In this document: positions 10,590 to 21,107 of the stretch, piece by piece | Numbering within the stretch: the stretch's first letter is position 1 | Layout: each line of letters begins with the position of its first letter | DNA from: a virus | Taxonomy: Duplodnaviria; Caudoviricetes | Strand: one strand, 5' to 3' | Length of the DNA: 64,000 nucleotides | Virus record (IMG/VR): IMGVR_UViG_3300031555_003442 | Location: 32,001 to 96,000 of that record | Program-made: the position numbers and the translations under genes | Notes under the pieces: model-generated | Told to the model about the DNA's origin: nothing | Seen by the model: only the letters and a program-made list of their open reading frames with translations | The model's database searches: none

Positions 10590-10599
10590 ATAGTTTATA
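10590..10599 (-). promoter_or_regulatory. putative late promoter TATAAACTAT
   Basis: Recurrent motif; divergent pair with 10651. Confidence 0.6.
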
Positions 10600-10650
10600 A
10601 GATTGGACAACAAATGAGCTACCGATATGGCGTTTTTATCGCCTCTACGT

Positions 10651-10660
10651 TATAAACTAT
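10651..10660 (+). promoter_or_regulatory. putative late promoter TATAAACTAT
   Basis: Recurrent motif, 24 nt before the amidase ATG. Confidence 0.6.
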
Positions 10661-10684
10661 TTCTGAAATACATGGTGCAATGCG

Positions 10685-11863
10685 ATGAAAAATATCTTCA
10701 TAGAGTCGGTAAACAGATACAGGGGATTGAATGAGGTGCAGAAAGATGCCGTCATCTCCCTTTATCGTACCTTGTTTGAGGACGGGGCTGGATACAAGCC
10801 AGCCGCAGCGCCTGAGAAAAAGGAAGATAAGAAAGAAGAACCGAAGGACGAAAAGAAGGAAGATAAGCAAGAATCAAAACAAGACAATTCGTCTGAAGGC
10901 GGTGAAAAGGAACAGGTTCCGTTCAATATAACGAGAAACAGCATTCCGACAAACGTGCAGCGCACGGACAAGCGAGAGGTCGAATACATAGCATTGCATT
11001 ACACGGCTGGTGGTTCGTCTAAGGCTGGACAGGCAACAAGAACCCGATTTACACCAGGAAAAAAAGCGTCTGCTGACTTCATCGTTGACGATGGTGAAGT
11101 GTACCAATACAATCCTGATTTGGACCATTACTACACGTTCGCTGTCGGTGCCGCTGGTGGTAGAGCTGAGGTTGAAAAGTATAAAGCCGAGGCAAAAGAG
11201 CGTGGAATGAATGACGCTGCTCGGTATTACGGGACGGCCAATTACAAGAACACCCTTTCCATCGAGATGTGCAGCAACTATAAGGGTGGGATAAAGGACA
11301 TAACGACTACGTCTGCACTAGACCCTAACTATTACCTGAGTGATGCCACTTTGGCCAATACGGCAAAGCTTGTCGCTTGGTTGTTGAAAAAATACCCTGG
11401 CGCACAGATTATACGTCATTATGATATCACGGGTAAACCATGTCCTGGCCCGTGGTGCCGAAATAATGAGGGTACACAGCAATTTATGTCATTTGTACAA
11501 CGCTGCCATGGAACGCCTGCTCCTGCTGACCCAGAGTATGATGATGTTGAAGATGCATTGCTTCCGAAGAACAGCCGTGACAAGGCTTGGCCAGATTTGG
11601 CTCGTGAGTTTGCTCCTGATGCAACGGCCACTACGGCAGAGTCGGATGCGGCTATGGCGGACATGGCTAACCAGGCTGGTATAATTGGTGATGCCGCTTC
11701 CCTCATACAGTCGATGGGAACGCCAGTTACCAAGGTGCTTGCCGAAATCATCAAGAAGAGTAACGCTGGTGTACCCAACGTGGTCATAAAAGAATTTATT
11801 GAGACGCTCGTCAAGAAACCGGAGTTGTTGAAAAATGTACTCAAAGTATTGCCCCAAAAATGA
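10685..11863 (+). CDS. N-acetylmuramoyl-L-alanine amidase (Amidase_2) with N- and C-terminal extensions
   Basis: Zn-ligand motifs IALHYTAG, ASADFIVD, SIEMC, IIRHYDITGKPCPG. Confidence 0.85.
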   Translation: MKNIFIESVNRYRGLNEVQKDAVISLYRTLFEDGAGYKPAAAPEKKEDKKEEPKDEKKEDKQESKQDNSSEGGEKEQVPFNITRNSIPTNVQRTDKREVEYIALHYTAGGSSKAGQATRTRFTPGKKASADFIVDDGEVYQYNPDLDHYYTFAVGAAGGRAEVEKYKAEAKERGMNDAARYYGTANYKNTLSIEMCSNYKGGIKDITTTSALDPNYYLSDATLANTAKLVAWLLKKYPGAQIIRHYDITGKPCPGPWCRNNEGTQQFMSFVQRCHGTPAPADPEYDDVEDALLPKNSRDKAWPDLAREFAPDATATTAESDAAMADMANQAGIIGDAASLIQSMGTPVTKVLAEIIKKSNAGVPNVVIKEFIETLVKKPELLKNVLKVLPQK

Positions 11864-13535
11864 TAACTACGCTTTGATGGAAGCCGCATTGAAAGCAATA
11901 GATGGTATTGACCAGGATACGGCCAATGCTATCATCAGGTTGCATCAAACTGTGTATAAGCCTCAGTTCGAAAGTGTTGGCTCTGTCGTAGGTTTGTCTC
12001 TGTCGAGCGTCCTTATAGGAACAGCCCTTCGGTCTTCTGTCTGCGGTCTTATTGCTAAAATCGCCGCCGCTGCTGGTGGTGCCTCTATTCCCTTTATTGG
12101 ATGGGCCGCAGCTGTCGTTATGGTCGGCTTGGCCATTTATGATGTTGCTACATCAACGTCGAAAGTCTCTAATGAAGTAAAGGATATCGCTTACGAGGAA
12201 GATGCTGTCAAGACAGCGAAAGCTGCTGTGGAAGAGCAGATGTCTAAGAATCCGTTTGCCAAATATGCAATGAGTGCTGCTGACCGTACGAGCGACATCC
12301 TGATGACAGCTGGCGGTAGCCTGATGGATAAGCTAGATGCTGTCGCCAAGACGACCAGTGTAAATAAAGAGGACTCTGTCCACACTACGGATGACGATGC
12401 CTTTGCCGAAAAGTTCGGTTTTACAAAGAACCTGGAGATTGTCGATGCGAAAACTGCACTGAACCATTCGAAGCAGTTCTTCTATTACATGAACGGCATG
12501 AATGAGTTCGGCAACAAGGTTATCGACAAAGAAGCCTATGCAGAGTACCTGAAAGGATTTGAGGAATACTGGGAACAGAATAGTGATTTCCTCCCGTATT
12601 TCGACGAGGAAGGTGCAAAGGCCAAGATGTTGAAGCAGTATACTGAACAGTATTACAAGGAACAGTTCCTTCCGATGTTCAGCAAGAAGCTGAAAGAAGC
12701 ATCCGCATACGCAGAAAAGAACATGAGCGTAGAGGATTTGGCAGCCCAAGGACGTAATGAATTCGGCGACGTGGTCGACAAGGACAAATACTACGCCTCA
12801 ATGGGATTTACCAAGAATGCCGAAATCATGGACATGAATAAATTTGCCAAGGCATTCTCTTACAAGACTGGCTTGGACCTGAGTTACAATCCGTTGACAC
12901 CCGAGGGAAAAGCACTGCTCGAACGGATGTTGAGAAACCCGTCGGATGAATACCTGAAATATCTCCCTGCTCCTGTGTTCCTCATGACTAAAGAAGACCA
13001 GAAGCCGTTCATAGAGAAGGCCCGTGACCCGCATCGTCGTGGTGAATCTCAGGTTGGCCGCTATGGAAAAGAGATGATGGGTGCTGGTGCCGCATCCTAC
13101 AATGCTGGTGCCGAAGGACAGGTTTCTAATGTGACTAGGCAGCAGGTTCCCAACAGGCGGAACGTACCTGCTCAGAACGCCGCCCAAAACGATATCACCA
13201 ACGCTCCTGACGTTGACAAGAACGCAGGTCCTTGGCGTACCGTAGGAAAGGAGTTACTTTCATCACTTTACCATACTGGAAATGACCGTCACAAGCACCT
13301 GATGCGTCTTGGATACATCCTCGATATCAGGAACGGCAAGTACTATCGAATGAGCGATGCGGATAAACAGACCATGCATCAGATTATCATGGAAGACTTG
13401 GACAACGTCGCCCACAAGCATGCCGAAGAGCGCAGGCAGGTTAATTTGAAACAGGGTAGATTGACCCGTGCCCAAATGACCGAGGACGAAATCGCCGAGT
13501 CTAACAGGAGGGCAGGATTCCCCGCCGACGCATAG
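11835..13535 (+). CDS. hypothetical virion/ejection protein with a Gly/Ala-rich hydrophobic segment
   Basis: 566 aa; hydrophobic at about aa 47-103; internal G.NEFG..DK..Y and GFTKN.EI.D repeats. Confidence 0.6.
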   Translation: MYSKYCPKNDNYALMEAALKAIDGIDQDTANAIIRLHQTVYKPQFESVGSVVGLSLSSVLIGTALRSSVCGLIAKIAAAAGGASIPFIGWAAAVVMVGLAIYDVATSTSKVSNEVKDIAYEEDAVKTAKAAVEEQMSKNPFAKYAMSAADRTSDILMTAGGSLMDKLDAVAKTTSVNKEDSVHTTDDDAFAEKFGFTKNLEIVDAKTALNHSKQFFYYMNGMNEFGNKVIDKEAYAEYLKGFEEYWEQNSDFLPYFDEEGAKAKMLKQYTEQYYKEQFLPMFSKKLKEASAYAEKNMSVEDLAAQGRNEFGDVVDKDKYYASMGFTKNAEIMDMNKFAKAFSYKTGLDLSYNPLTPEGKALLERMLRNPSDEYLKYLPAPVFLMTKEDQKPFIEKARDPHRRGESQVGRYGKEMMGAGAASYNAGAEGQVSNVTRQQVPNRRNVPAQNAAQNDITNAPDVDKNAGPWRTVGKELLSSLYHTGNDRHKHLMRLGYILDIRNGKYYRMSDADKQTMHQIIMEDLDNVAHKHAEERRQVNLKQGRLTRAQMTEDEIAESNRRAGFPADA

Positions 13536-13559
13536 CCAGATACAAATAAGGAGAGACAC

Positions 13560-15224
13560 ATGCCATTTAACGGAATTCCTAATTTGCGAGATGCAAATGA
13601 GTCAGTCAAGCTCGACCTTTACAAGTTAAAGGAAATTAAGAAGTGCGCCCTTGACCCGATTTACTTCATCCGCAACTACGTGTATATCAACACAAAGGAC
13701 AACGGTATGCAGTTGTTCGACCTGTATGATTTCCAGGAGGCCGCCATCCAGCGGTTCCTGAAATACAGGTTCAATATCAATAAGTGGTCACGCCAGGTGG
13801 GCAAATCTACCATTGTGCGTGGCTTCATTCTGTGGTGGGGCATCTTCCATAAGGACCAGCTTATCGCCATGATTGGTAACAAGCTGTCGTTGGCTAAGGA
13901 ACAGATGCAGCAGCTCCGTGATTCGTACAGCCGACTTCCCGTATGGTTGCAGCCAGGTGTGAAACTGTGGAACAAGACTTCCATCCAGTTTTCGAACAAC
14001 TCCCGTATCATCGTTTCTTCTTCATCGCCTGACAACATCCGTGGTTTCTCAATCAACCTGTTGTACCTTGACGAATTTGCGTTCCTTAGGCCGAACCTCG
14101 CTGCCGAGTTCATTGCTTCCGTTATGCCGTCTATTTCTTCGGGTAAGACTACCCGTTGCATCATCACGTCGACGCCTAACGGAATGAACCATTTCTACGA
14201 CATGTGGCAGACATCGTTGGAACTGGAACAGGCAGAAGCCGAGTACGAAAAGGGACACAACGACCTTTATGTTCGCTCCGTTGTTACATGGGACAAAGTA
14301 CCTGGCCGAACCGAGGCGTGGGCGAACGCAGAAAAAGTCAAAATTGGCGACCAGCGTTTCAGGCAGGAATACGAATGCGAGTTCGTCGGTTCTGGTATCA
14401 CCCTTATCGACTACCGTAGCCTAGAAAAGTTGAAGGCGTCAGACCCGCTGCCGTTTGACAACAGCATCTGGCCCCCAGAGCTGGCCGAAATCACACGGGA
14501 TATCTCAATGAGGGTGTTCAAGTACCCTGAGCCAGCCAACGTGGTCGAGGCGAAGGGATATTCCTATGTCGCATCGATAGATACGGCGTACGGTATGAGA
14601 CAGGACTACCATGTCTTGCAGATTGTGAAGGTGTATTCCAACATAAGGTGCGAACAGGTGTTTACCATGTCGTCTAACGCTACGGAAGTGAACGACTTCT
14701 GTAAGATAGCGAACATCATGTTGAAGTTCTACCACAACCCGTTCCTCGTCATAGAATATAACGGCCCTGGAAAGTCTACCTATGACTACTTCTTCAACGT
14801 GGCTATGTATCCTAACATAATCCAGTTTGATACGAAGTGCCGTGGCCTGTGGGCTACTCCGACATTGAAGAGCAACGTGGTAATCCTCCTGAAGATGTAC
14901 ATCCAGCGTGGGTACCTGACTGTTCATGACTACAACACGATTATGGAACTCATGACGTTCACGCAGAAGACTCAGAATACCTGGGGTGGCGGCGGAAACA
15001 CGCATGACGACCATGTGACATCGCTATACTGGATTGTCTACTACCTCAACACGACGATGTACTATGGCAACTACGAGGAAATCGAAAACCTCACCGAGAC
15101 GGAAATCATGAGGTTGAGCACCGACATGAGGAACCGCTATGTTGATGCAATCGACTTCATCAAGTCTCCCGATGCCATGAAGGAGCAGCATAAACTTGGG
15201 GCTCTGGCAGAAGCTAGCGTATAA
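13560..15224 (+). CDS. terL: terminase large subunit (T4 gp17-like)
   Basis: SRQVGKST Walker A, LYLDEFAF Walker B, ITSTPNGMNHFY, FRQEYECEF, HDDHV. Confidence 0.95.
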   Translation: MPFNGIPNLRDANESVKLDLYKLKEIKKCALDPIYFIRNYVYINTKDNGMQLFDLYDFQEAAIQRFLKYRFNINKWSRQVGKSTIVRGFILWWGIFHKDQLIAMIGNKLSLAKEQMQQLRDSYSRLPVWLQPGVKLWNKTSIQFSNNSRIIVSSSSPDNIRGFSINLLYLDEFAFLRPNLAAEFIASVMPSISSGKTTRCIITSTPNGMNHFYDMWQTSLELEQAEAEYEKGHNDLYVRSVVTWDKVPGRTEAWANAEKVKIGDQRFRQEYECEFVGSGITLIDYRSLEKLKASDPLPFDNSIWPPELAEITRDISMRVFKYPEPANVVEAKGYSYVASIDTAYGMRQDYHVLQIVKVYSNIRCEQVFTMSSNATEVNDFCKIANIMLKFYHNPFLVIEYNGPGKSTYDYFFNVAMYPNIIQFDTKCRGLWATPTLKSNVVILLKMYIQRGYLTVHDYNTIMELMTFTQKTQNTWGGGGNTHDDHVTSLYWIVYYLNTTMYYGNYEEIENLTETEIMRLSTDMRNRYVDAIDFIKSPDAMKEQHKLGALAEASV

Positions 15225-15229
15225 ACTAC
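15220..15229 (+). promoter_or_regulatory. putative late promoter TATAAACTAC
   Basis: Recurrent motif overlapping the terminase stop codon. Confidence 0.5.
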
Positions 15230-15248
15230 AGGAAAGCGTGGTGGCTCT

Positions 15249-15683
15249 ATGACGAAAGACATTGACACATTGATGGACAGACTGTACCATAAGGGCGAGA
15301 TTTCAATAGACAAGGAAAAGGTGAACCTTCTTAACATCTTTTTGCAACGTGCTTTCCCTCATGTTAGTAAACGGGCTGTTGCAGACGCTGCCTCCTTGCT
15401 TGCCGTATATTCCTGCCTTCTTGTCGATGGCAAACGTATTTCAGTTAACGGAAAGGAACTGGATGCCGACGGATTCAGCAAGCTGTTCGATACCTATGCC
15501 AAAAAGGCAGCTGGCGAATTTGATAGCGAGGCGGAAATGTATGATTTCTACGGTGCTGCGGTCGTCGTGGCCCTGTACGTATACAAATATACCGCTGGGT
15601 TGACCAATAAGGAACTCATGTTCAAGAAAACACATGGCGGCGATTACAGCGACCGTATATCATCCGCAATGAATGGCGAGTAA
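15249..15683 (+). CDS. hypothetical protein
   Basis: 144-aa ORF fitting the gene tiling. Confidence 0.7.
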   Translation: MTKDIDTLMDRLYHKGEISIDKEKVNLLNIFLQRAFPHVSKRAVADAASLLAVYSCLLVDGKRISVNGKELDADGFSKLFDTYAKKAAGEFDSEAEMYDFYGAAVVVALYVYKYTAGLTNKELMFKKTHGGDYSDRISSAMNGE

Positions 15684-15697
15684 TTTAACACCCCCAC

Positions 15698-15726
15698 TTG
15701 CCAGAAATTTCATAAAATTATATATT
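15698..15726 (+). promoter_or_regulatory. sigma70-type promoter TTGCCA-17-TATATT
   Basis: 17-bp spacer, AT-rich intergenic region. Confidence 0.65.
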
Positions 15727-15766
15727 TTGGAGGAATACATGTATTATTCCCCCTCTGAGGATTGTT

Positions 15767-16297
15767 ATGCCAGAAAATGTAAAGGTTATCCAGCACCCCG
15801 CTGATGAGAACGGCCAGGTAAACCTCGATTCCAATATCGAGAAGCTTGCTGACTGGATGAAGGACAAGGTTAGAACCAAGAACAAGAAGGGTAAGTTCGA
15901 TGTCAACATCATGCTGGAAAACATGGTTGAGAACATCGGCGATGGTCAGATTAACGCAAACGGGCTCCTGATGCAGGCACAGATTCAGCTTGCTGACCTT
16001 GAAAAGGAACGTGTCGCATTGTGGGCGGAAGAATTTGAGAAGTTGATGAACAGCAGGCAGCCTTTCGAGAAGACCAAGGATAACGTGACGATGTACCTGT
16101 CTGGAAAGGAAGCGATTGCCAAGCTGGACCTCAGAATCAAGAAGAAGCGTGCATATATCGAGAATTTGAAAGGATTTGCCGATGCTGTCAGGTATTATCC
16201 AAAGAATGTCCAAACCATCCTTGACCTGAACTCTCTTGCAGTCGAGTCTGGAAAGCAGGGCCTTATTGACCTTGATAGTGAGGAGGGTGAAAGATAA
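15767..16297 (+). CDS. recombination mediator UvsY-like
   Basis: Helical; DNVTMYLSG...YIENLKGFADAVRYYPKNVQTILD resembles the UvsY C-terminal half; near gp47. Confidence 0.5.
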   Translation: MPENVKVIQHPADENGQVNLDSNIEKLADWMKDKVRTKNKKGKFDVNIMLENMVENIGDGQINANGLLMQAQIQLADLEKERVALWAEEFEKLMNSRQPFEKTKDNVTMYLSGKEAIAKLDLRIKKKRAYIENLKGFADAVRYYPKNVQTILDLNSLAVESGKQGLIDLDSEEGER

Positions 16298-16992
16298 TGA
16301 CCGACGAAACTTTTAATCCGTTTAACATGAACATGCCGTGGGATGTGGACCCGAGTACGGAGCCCGCTCCCGCAGAGAAGCCTGTCGAAGCCAAGGCCGA
16401 ACCGCCACATGAAGACCAACCTGAAGAACAGAAGACGGATATCTTCACTGCGTTGGAAGAAAAGTTGAAACTTCCTATCGGTTCAACCAAGGAAGGAATC
16501 GAAGAGACCAAGCAGATGGTCAGGAAGATTCAGGCGAAGACGGCGATATTCGAGACCAAGGGAACGGCCCTTCTCGCCCAAGAAAAACTTGGGAAGCTCA
16601 CTCCTGAACAGCATTTTGCCGAATGTGCAAGGATTAGGGCACAGGCCAACCGCCTTTACGACATATCGTCTAACCTCATGGATAAGCTGAACGACCAAGT
16701 CGAAAGTTCTCTTGACATGACCGACAAGATGTGGTCCGCAGTAAGCTCGATGATTTCGAGCGTTGGCCAGAGCCTTGAACGCCTATTGAAGGTGACCCAG
16801 GAACTCCGCAAGGAAGAAGACCTGCTTACCATGGAAATCAAGGAAGCCGAGGATGCCAAGAAGCTGGCTAACGACGACGGAACCATGGATGCAACCCCAG
16901 ATGATATGAACAAGCTTATCCTGTTCTTCCAGGAAGAAGAGAAGAACGCAAAGCAGAAACAAATTGAAAACAAGGACGCAACAAATGAGTAA
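16297..16992 (+). CDS. putative terminase small subunit (gp16-like)
   Basis: Helical core RAQANRLYDISSNLMDKL...AVSSMISSVGQSLERLLKV resembles the gp16 oligomerisation helices. Confidence 0.35.
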   Translation: MTDETFNPFNMNMPWDVDPSTEPAPAEKPVEAKAEPPHEDQPEEQKTDIFTALEEKLKLPIGSTKEGIEETKQMVRKIQAKTAIFETKGTALLAQEKLGKLTPEQHFAECARIRAQANRLYDISSNLMDKLNDQVESSLDMTDKMWSAVSSMISSVGQSLERLLKVTQELRKEEDLLTMEIKEAEDAKKLANDDGTMDATPDDMNKLILFFQEEEKNAKQKQIENKDATNE

Positions 16993-18118
16993 AATCGGAA
17001 TCATCGGCGACATCCATGTCGGCCAGACGTTCTACCACAACCAGCCCATTACGGACTACCACAACAAGAAGCGTGATGAGCTGTTCGATAAAATCATTGA
17101 CGAGTTCAAGAAGGAAGGTATCGACACCATCCTGTTCAGCGGCGACATCTTTGATAACCGCAATATCATCACGGTAGAGTCCCTCCACTATGTAATCGAC
17201 CTTTTTGCCAAGCGCATGAAGGATTTCAAAATCATCACGATTACGGGAAATCACGACATGCAGTACGAAAATTCCGATTGCCTTACGTCATTGGAATTCC
17301 TGCATTACCTCCCGAACGTGACCCTGATTGACAAGGAGCCCGTTGCGATGCAGTTCGGCAAGGCCACATGGCATCTGTTCCCGTGGCTCGGCACTGCTGA
17401 AAACAAGGCTAAGGCTCTTGAATATATGAAGGCGGTCGGAAGCACTCCTGAACAGAGGGCTGTAAACGTGTTCTTCGGTCATTTCGATATCATGGGTATG
17501 CTGATGGAAGGCGGCAACATTTCGGTCAGCGGCTTTGAACCGACTGAGATGGCCAAGTACTGTTCCTATGTCATCAGCGGCCATTACCACTGCAAGTCGG
17601 CGAAGAAGATTGGGAACACCCGTTTCGTCTATCTCGGAAGCCCGTATCACCTGTCGTTTGCCCACCTGAATACTATCCCTGGTTATTACACTTGCGATAC
17701 TGACACGATGAAACTCAATTTCATCGAAAATACCATCGGCGAACGCTATATCGAGGTTAACGACTTTGACGATATCGATGCCCTTCCCGAGCTTAGTGGA
17801 CATCTGGTCAAGTATAACAACGACGTGACCAAGACTTCCGAGGAAGCCATTATTCCGCTCGACAAGTTGAAGGCGAAGAAGCCTCTACATGTGTTCCAGT
17901 CCCCGTACGGCAAGCGTACCGACGAGAGGGACCCCGAAGATGCCGTTGCCATTGTGGAAGAAGACGACGAGGAAGCCAAGAAGGTTGTGACGATGAGCCA
18001 GATGGAAGTCGCCCGCCTGTTCATGGAAAATGCCGAGACTCCTCCCCCGACTTTGAGCGACGGAAGCAGTTCGAAGGATAAAATTATTTCAATGATTGCC
18101 AGTTTTGATGCAACGTAG
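16985..18118 (+). CDS. Mre11/SbcD-like recombination nuclease (gp47-like)
   Basis: Metallophosphoesterase motifs GDIHVG, GDIFD, GNHD, GHF, SGHYH, YLGSP. Confidence 0.9.
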   Translation: MSKIGIIGDIHVGQTFYHNQPITDYHNKKRDELFDKIIDEFKKEGIDTILFSGDIFDNRNIITVESLHYVIDLFAKRMKDFKIITITGNHDMQYENSDCLTSLEFLHYLPNVTLIDKEPVAMQFGKATWHLFPWLGTAENKAKALEYMKAVGSTPEQRAVNVFFGHFDIMGMLMEGGNISVSGFEPTEMAKYCSYVISGHYHCKSAKKIGNTRFVYLGSPYHLSFAHLNTIPGYYTCDTDTMKLNFIENTIGERYIEVNDFDDIDALPELSGHLVKYNNDVTKTSEEAIIPLDKLKAKKPLHVFQSPYGKRTDERDPEDAVAIVEEDDEEAKKVVTMSQMEVARLFMENAETPPPTLSDGSSSKDKIISMIASFDAT

Positions 18119-18174
18119 TTGAAAAAATGTATTTTACTAACGTAAATAACAACCTTTTACGTTAGAAGGATACT

Positions 18175-19512
18175 ATGAAAGCTACTGAGCTGTACGACAA
18201 ACTCATTGAAGAAAAGGTCAAGGTTAAGGCCGAGGTTGACATCATCCATGTTAACGATGGTGATTCACGACTCTTTGGCGGTCGTTTTAACGAAGATTTC
18301 GCCCATCTTTGCCCGTTCTACGACACTCTATGCACATTCAACCACATCTCGATGACATCGGGTATGTTCATCAACCTGTATTCCAAATTGGCTATCACCA
18401 AGGAAACGGTGGTTATACTCGACAACATCAAGAATCCTGCGGTTTTTGAAGTTCTCCAGAAGATGAAGTTCAGTAGTTTCCAGAACACTGTCGGCGACAC
18501 TGTGCTGGACACTGCATACAACAAGGACGACAGCGAAAAGGTCAGCCTTGAAAAGGAAATGAAAAACGACCGAATCCGCAAGATTAACTTCCGCATCATC
18601 TACCTCCTCGACGAACTGGTCTGGGACGGTGTCGGTGGTCGTGGCAAGAGTATCTACGAAGCCCGTGTTGTTGAAGACCTCCTCCAGGTGGCCGATACCA
18701 TCATCGTTCCGACTGCCGAACTGAGGCATGCCCTTATCGACATCGGATTCGTTTCCGAAGACAGGAAGAACGACGTTACAATCCTTCCGTTCACAATCTC
18801 CCCGCAGATGTTCCAGGTCTACGCAGTTAACCAGGCAAGGACTTACAGCAGCGTTATTTCCAAGCCGAAGATTCTCGTGAAGGGTGCGGTCATCCCGAAT
18901 AACGTGTGTGAATTTATCGTGGCCAAGCACAAGAAGTACAACTTCACTATTTGCACTGGTTCCGAACTCCCCAACGAACTGATGCTTCTCCTCGCAAATG
19001 GAGACGTGCGACACATCGTCCACTACAGCTCCCCGAGCGTGAACTACAAGAACATCACCAACACCTATCTCGATGAAAGGGATGGCAGGTACGATTTCGT
19101 CATCCACTGTTCCAACACGCTGAACTACGACCTCGCAAGCGGCGACATCGACCCGATGATTTCCGTGGCATGCGGCTCCATCGCATACGCCTGTGTTCGC
19201 AAGGACTGGTTCACCCCAGAAACTCATCTTTGCGAAAAGACGGGTACGACGTTCACTCCGCAGGCAACTTACAACCAGATTGACAACATGATTAGTCATG
19301 AATGCATTTCTGCCAACTGGAACAAGCTGTATACCGAACAGCGTAATTCCATCGAGGCTAAGATTTCGGACAAGGCAGTGTCCATGGCCCGCCTGTTTGC
19401 CGTCCTTATTGGTAAGGACATGGTGAAGAAGCGTTTCTCTGCCGAATCCAACGGAGCTGAAAATGGAACCGACAACGGAACAAGCAGCGGAAACGCCGAA
19501 GCCGAAAACTAA
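18175..19512 (+). CDS. putative GT-B glycosyltransferase-like protein
   Basis: IIYLLDELVW...LLQVADTIIVPTAELRHAL...VTILPF pattern. Confidence 0.4.
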   Translation: MKATELYDKLIEEKVKVKAEVDIIHVNDGDSRLFGGRFNEDFAHLCPFYDTLCTFNHISMTSGMFINLYSKLAITKETVVILDNIKNPAVFEVLQKMKFSSFQNTVGDTVLDTAYNKDDSEKVSLEKEMKNDRIRKINFRIIYLLDELVWDGVGGRGKSIYEARVVEDLLQVADTIIVPTAELRHALIDIGFVSEDRKNDVTILPFTISPQMFQVYAVNQARTYSSVISKPKILVKGAVIPNNVCEFIVAKHKKYNFTICTGSELPNELMLLLANGDVRHIVHYSSPSVNYKNITNTYLDERDGRYDFVIHCSNTLNYDLASGDIDPMISVACGSIAYACVRKDWFTPETHLCEKTGTTFTPQATYNQIDNMISHECISANWNKLYTEQRNSIEAKISDKAVSMARLFAVLIGKDMVKKRFSAESNGAENGTDNGTSSGNAEAEN

Positions 19513-19804
19513 TGCAGAGCCGCCACTCTACAATGTCATCAGGTATGACATGAAGTGGTACGAAAAAGGACATGACACGCATGACTACAACGCCATGCGG
19601 GACATGTCCATTTCTGAACCGATTATCGTTGACAAGTATGAAGGCAAGGAATTGCCCGACCCGATGAGCGAAAAATTGGCAAAAATGGTATCGGATAAAC
19701 TTAATGAGGAAGCGAAAGGTAAGGAAAATATATCCATCGACCTGAAGAATGGACAGCATTACACAGGTCCTCGGTATGTCTACTCTTACTATGCAGGGAG
19801 ATGA
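19463..19804 (+). CDS. hypothetical protein
   Basis: 113 aa, GGAG RBS upstream. Confidence 0.65.
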   Translation: MEPTTEQAAETPKPKTNAEPPLYNVIRYDMKWYEKGHDTHDYNAMRDMSISEPIIVDKYEGKELPDPMSEKLAKMVSDKLNEEAKGKENISIDLKNGQHYTGPRYVYSYYAGR

Positions 19805-19805
19805 T

Positions 19806-21107
19806 ATGGCTTCATCTGAAAACTTGTTGAAACAGGCGGTCGCTCTGAGAAAGAAACTGGGTTCTATGCCAGAAAGTTCCATGATTTTTCAGGAGCCGCC
19901 TAAGAGGCATATCGTTAACGAACGGCAGTCGGTTAAGATAAGCAATCCACGGGTGAAAAAGTCGGTCAAGATTGAGGATACTGGGGATGAACCCGAGAAT
20001 CCGCAAAATGCCGAACCGAGATGGTTCGACCCGAACAGGACTTTCCAACCGATGGATGCCAACAAGCCTCATGTAACTGACGACCAGTACGATGCGATGT
20101 TCTATCACGAGAAAGGCAAGCTTCCTCCTGATGACGTGCATCATGTTTCTGGCGAAGAACTTGCACGCAAGTATTCTCAGGCTGCTGCGAACAGGGTTCC
20201 TCCCCCAGTCACACAACAGGAACCACAGCAGGGGTTCGTTCCCCAGGCAGCCATTCCTCAAAAGCCGCAGGAAGCGGTTCCCGTCCAGACTCCAATAGTT
20301 GATGTACACGAGCCAACAAAGCCAAACGAGGAAGATTTTCTTCCGCTCGACGAACTCCCGTCAAAAGGAGTGTTCTACAAGGGTCCCATGCTAGCACAGC
20401 CGTTGCGACTTATCGACATGCTTATGGTCGAAAACATGGACAACGACAACAAACTGGATTCGATTACCGAAATCCTCGACAGACGCACACGCTGTCCAGG
20501 CGGCTCGCAACAGATTGTCACTGGCGATGAGATATACACCCTGCAGTACCTCCGTGCATCAACTTTCCCGAAAGACCCTTACACATGGACCACTTTTACC
20601 TGCAAGCATTGCGGAACCGTCGTTGACGACCCAGGCTATAAGATAGATTTCACCAACATGAGGTTCCAAACCAATGTTGACCCGATGGAGTTGGCGGAGA
20701 AGTTCAGGGAATACGGATGCCACCCAGTCGAACACATCGGAGGTGTCCCTGCGGTCGAAATTTATGTCAGAAGGCGTTTCCACGACTACTATTACAGGAA
20801 CCAGATTGACGAGTGGAAAAGGAAGGGATTTACCCCTACCAAGCCGTATATGGCCCTCCTTAACATGGCTCTCTTGGTGGATATTCCTGGCTGCAACTCT
20901 TTGCAGGATAACATCGATTTCCTCGGAAACCTCAACAAGGATGATGCGGCAAGGTTCCTGTCCGAACTCTCGAAATGCTCTTTCAGGACCAAGACGATGG
21001 TGGCCCATACGTGCCCGAACTGCGGAGGTGTGACGGTGACCCCGTTCCCCTTTCGGTATTCTACATTCATTTCCTCGATACAAATTAGAAAGTCTGCGGA
21101 AACGTAA
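19806..21107 (+). CDS. baseplate hub assembly protein (gp26/gp51-like) with a Pro/Gln-rich N-terminal extension
   Basis: ELPSKGVFY, DEIYTLQYLRAST, two CxxCG motifs (TCKHCG, TCPNCG). Confidence 0.7.
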   Translation: MASSENLLKQAVALRKKLGSMPESSMIFQEPPKRHIVNERQSVKISNPRVKKSVKIEDTGDEPENPQNAEPRWFDPNRTFQPMDANKPHVTDDQYDAMFYHEKGKLPPDDVHHVSGEELARKYSQAAANRVPPPVTQQEPQQGFVPQAAIPQKPQEAVPVQTPIVDVHEPTKPNEEDFLPLDELPSKGVFYKGPMLAQPLRLIDMLMVENMDNDNKLDSITEILDRRTRCPGGSQQIVTGDEIYTLQYLRASTFPKDPYTWTTFTCKHCGTVVDDPGYKIDFTNMRFQTNVDPMELAEKFREYGCHPVEHIGGVPAVEIYVRRRFHDYYYRNQIDEWKRKGFTPTKPYMALLNMALLVDIPGCNSLQDNIDFLGNLNKDDAARFLSELSKCSFRTKTMVAHTCPNCGGVTVTPFPFRYSTFISSIQIRKSAET

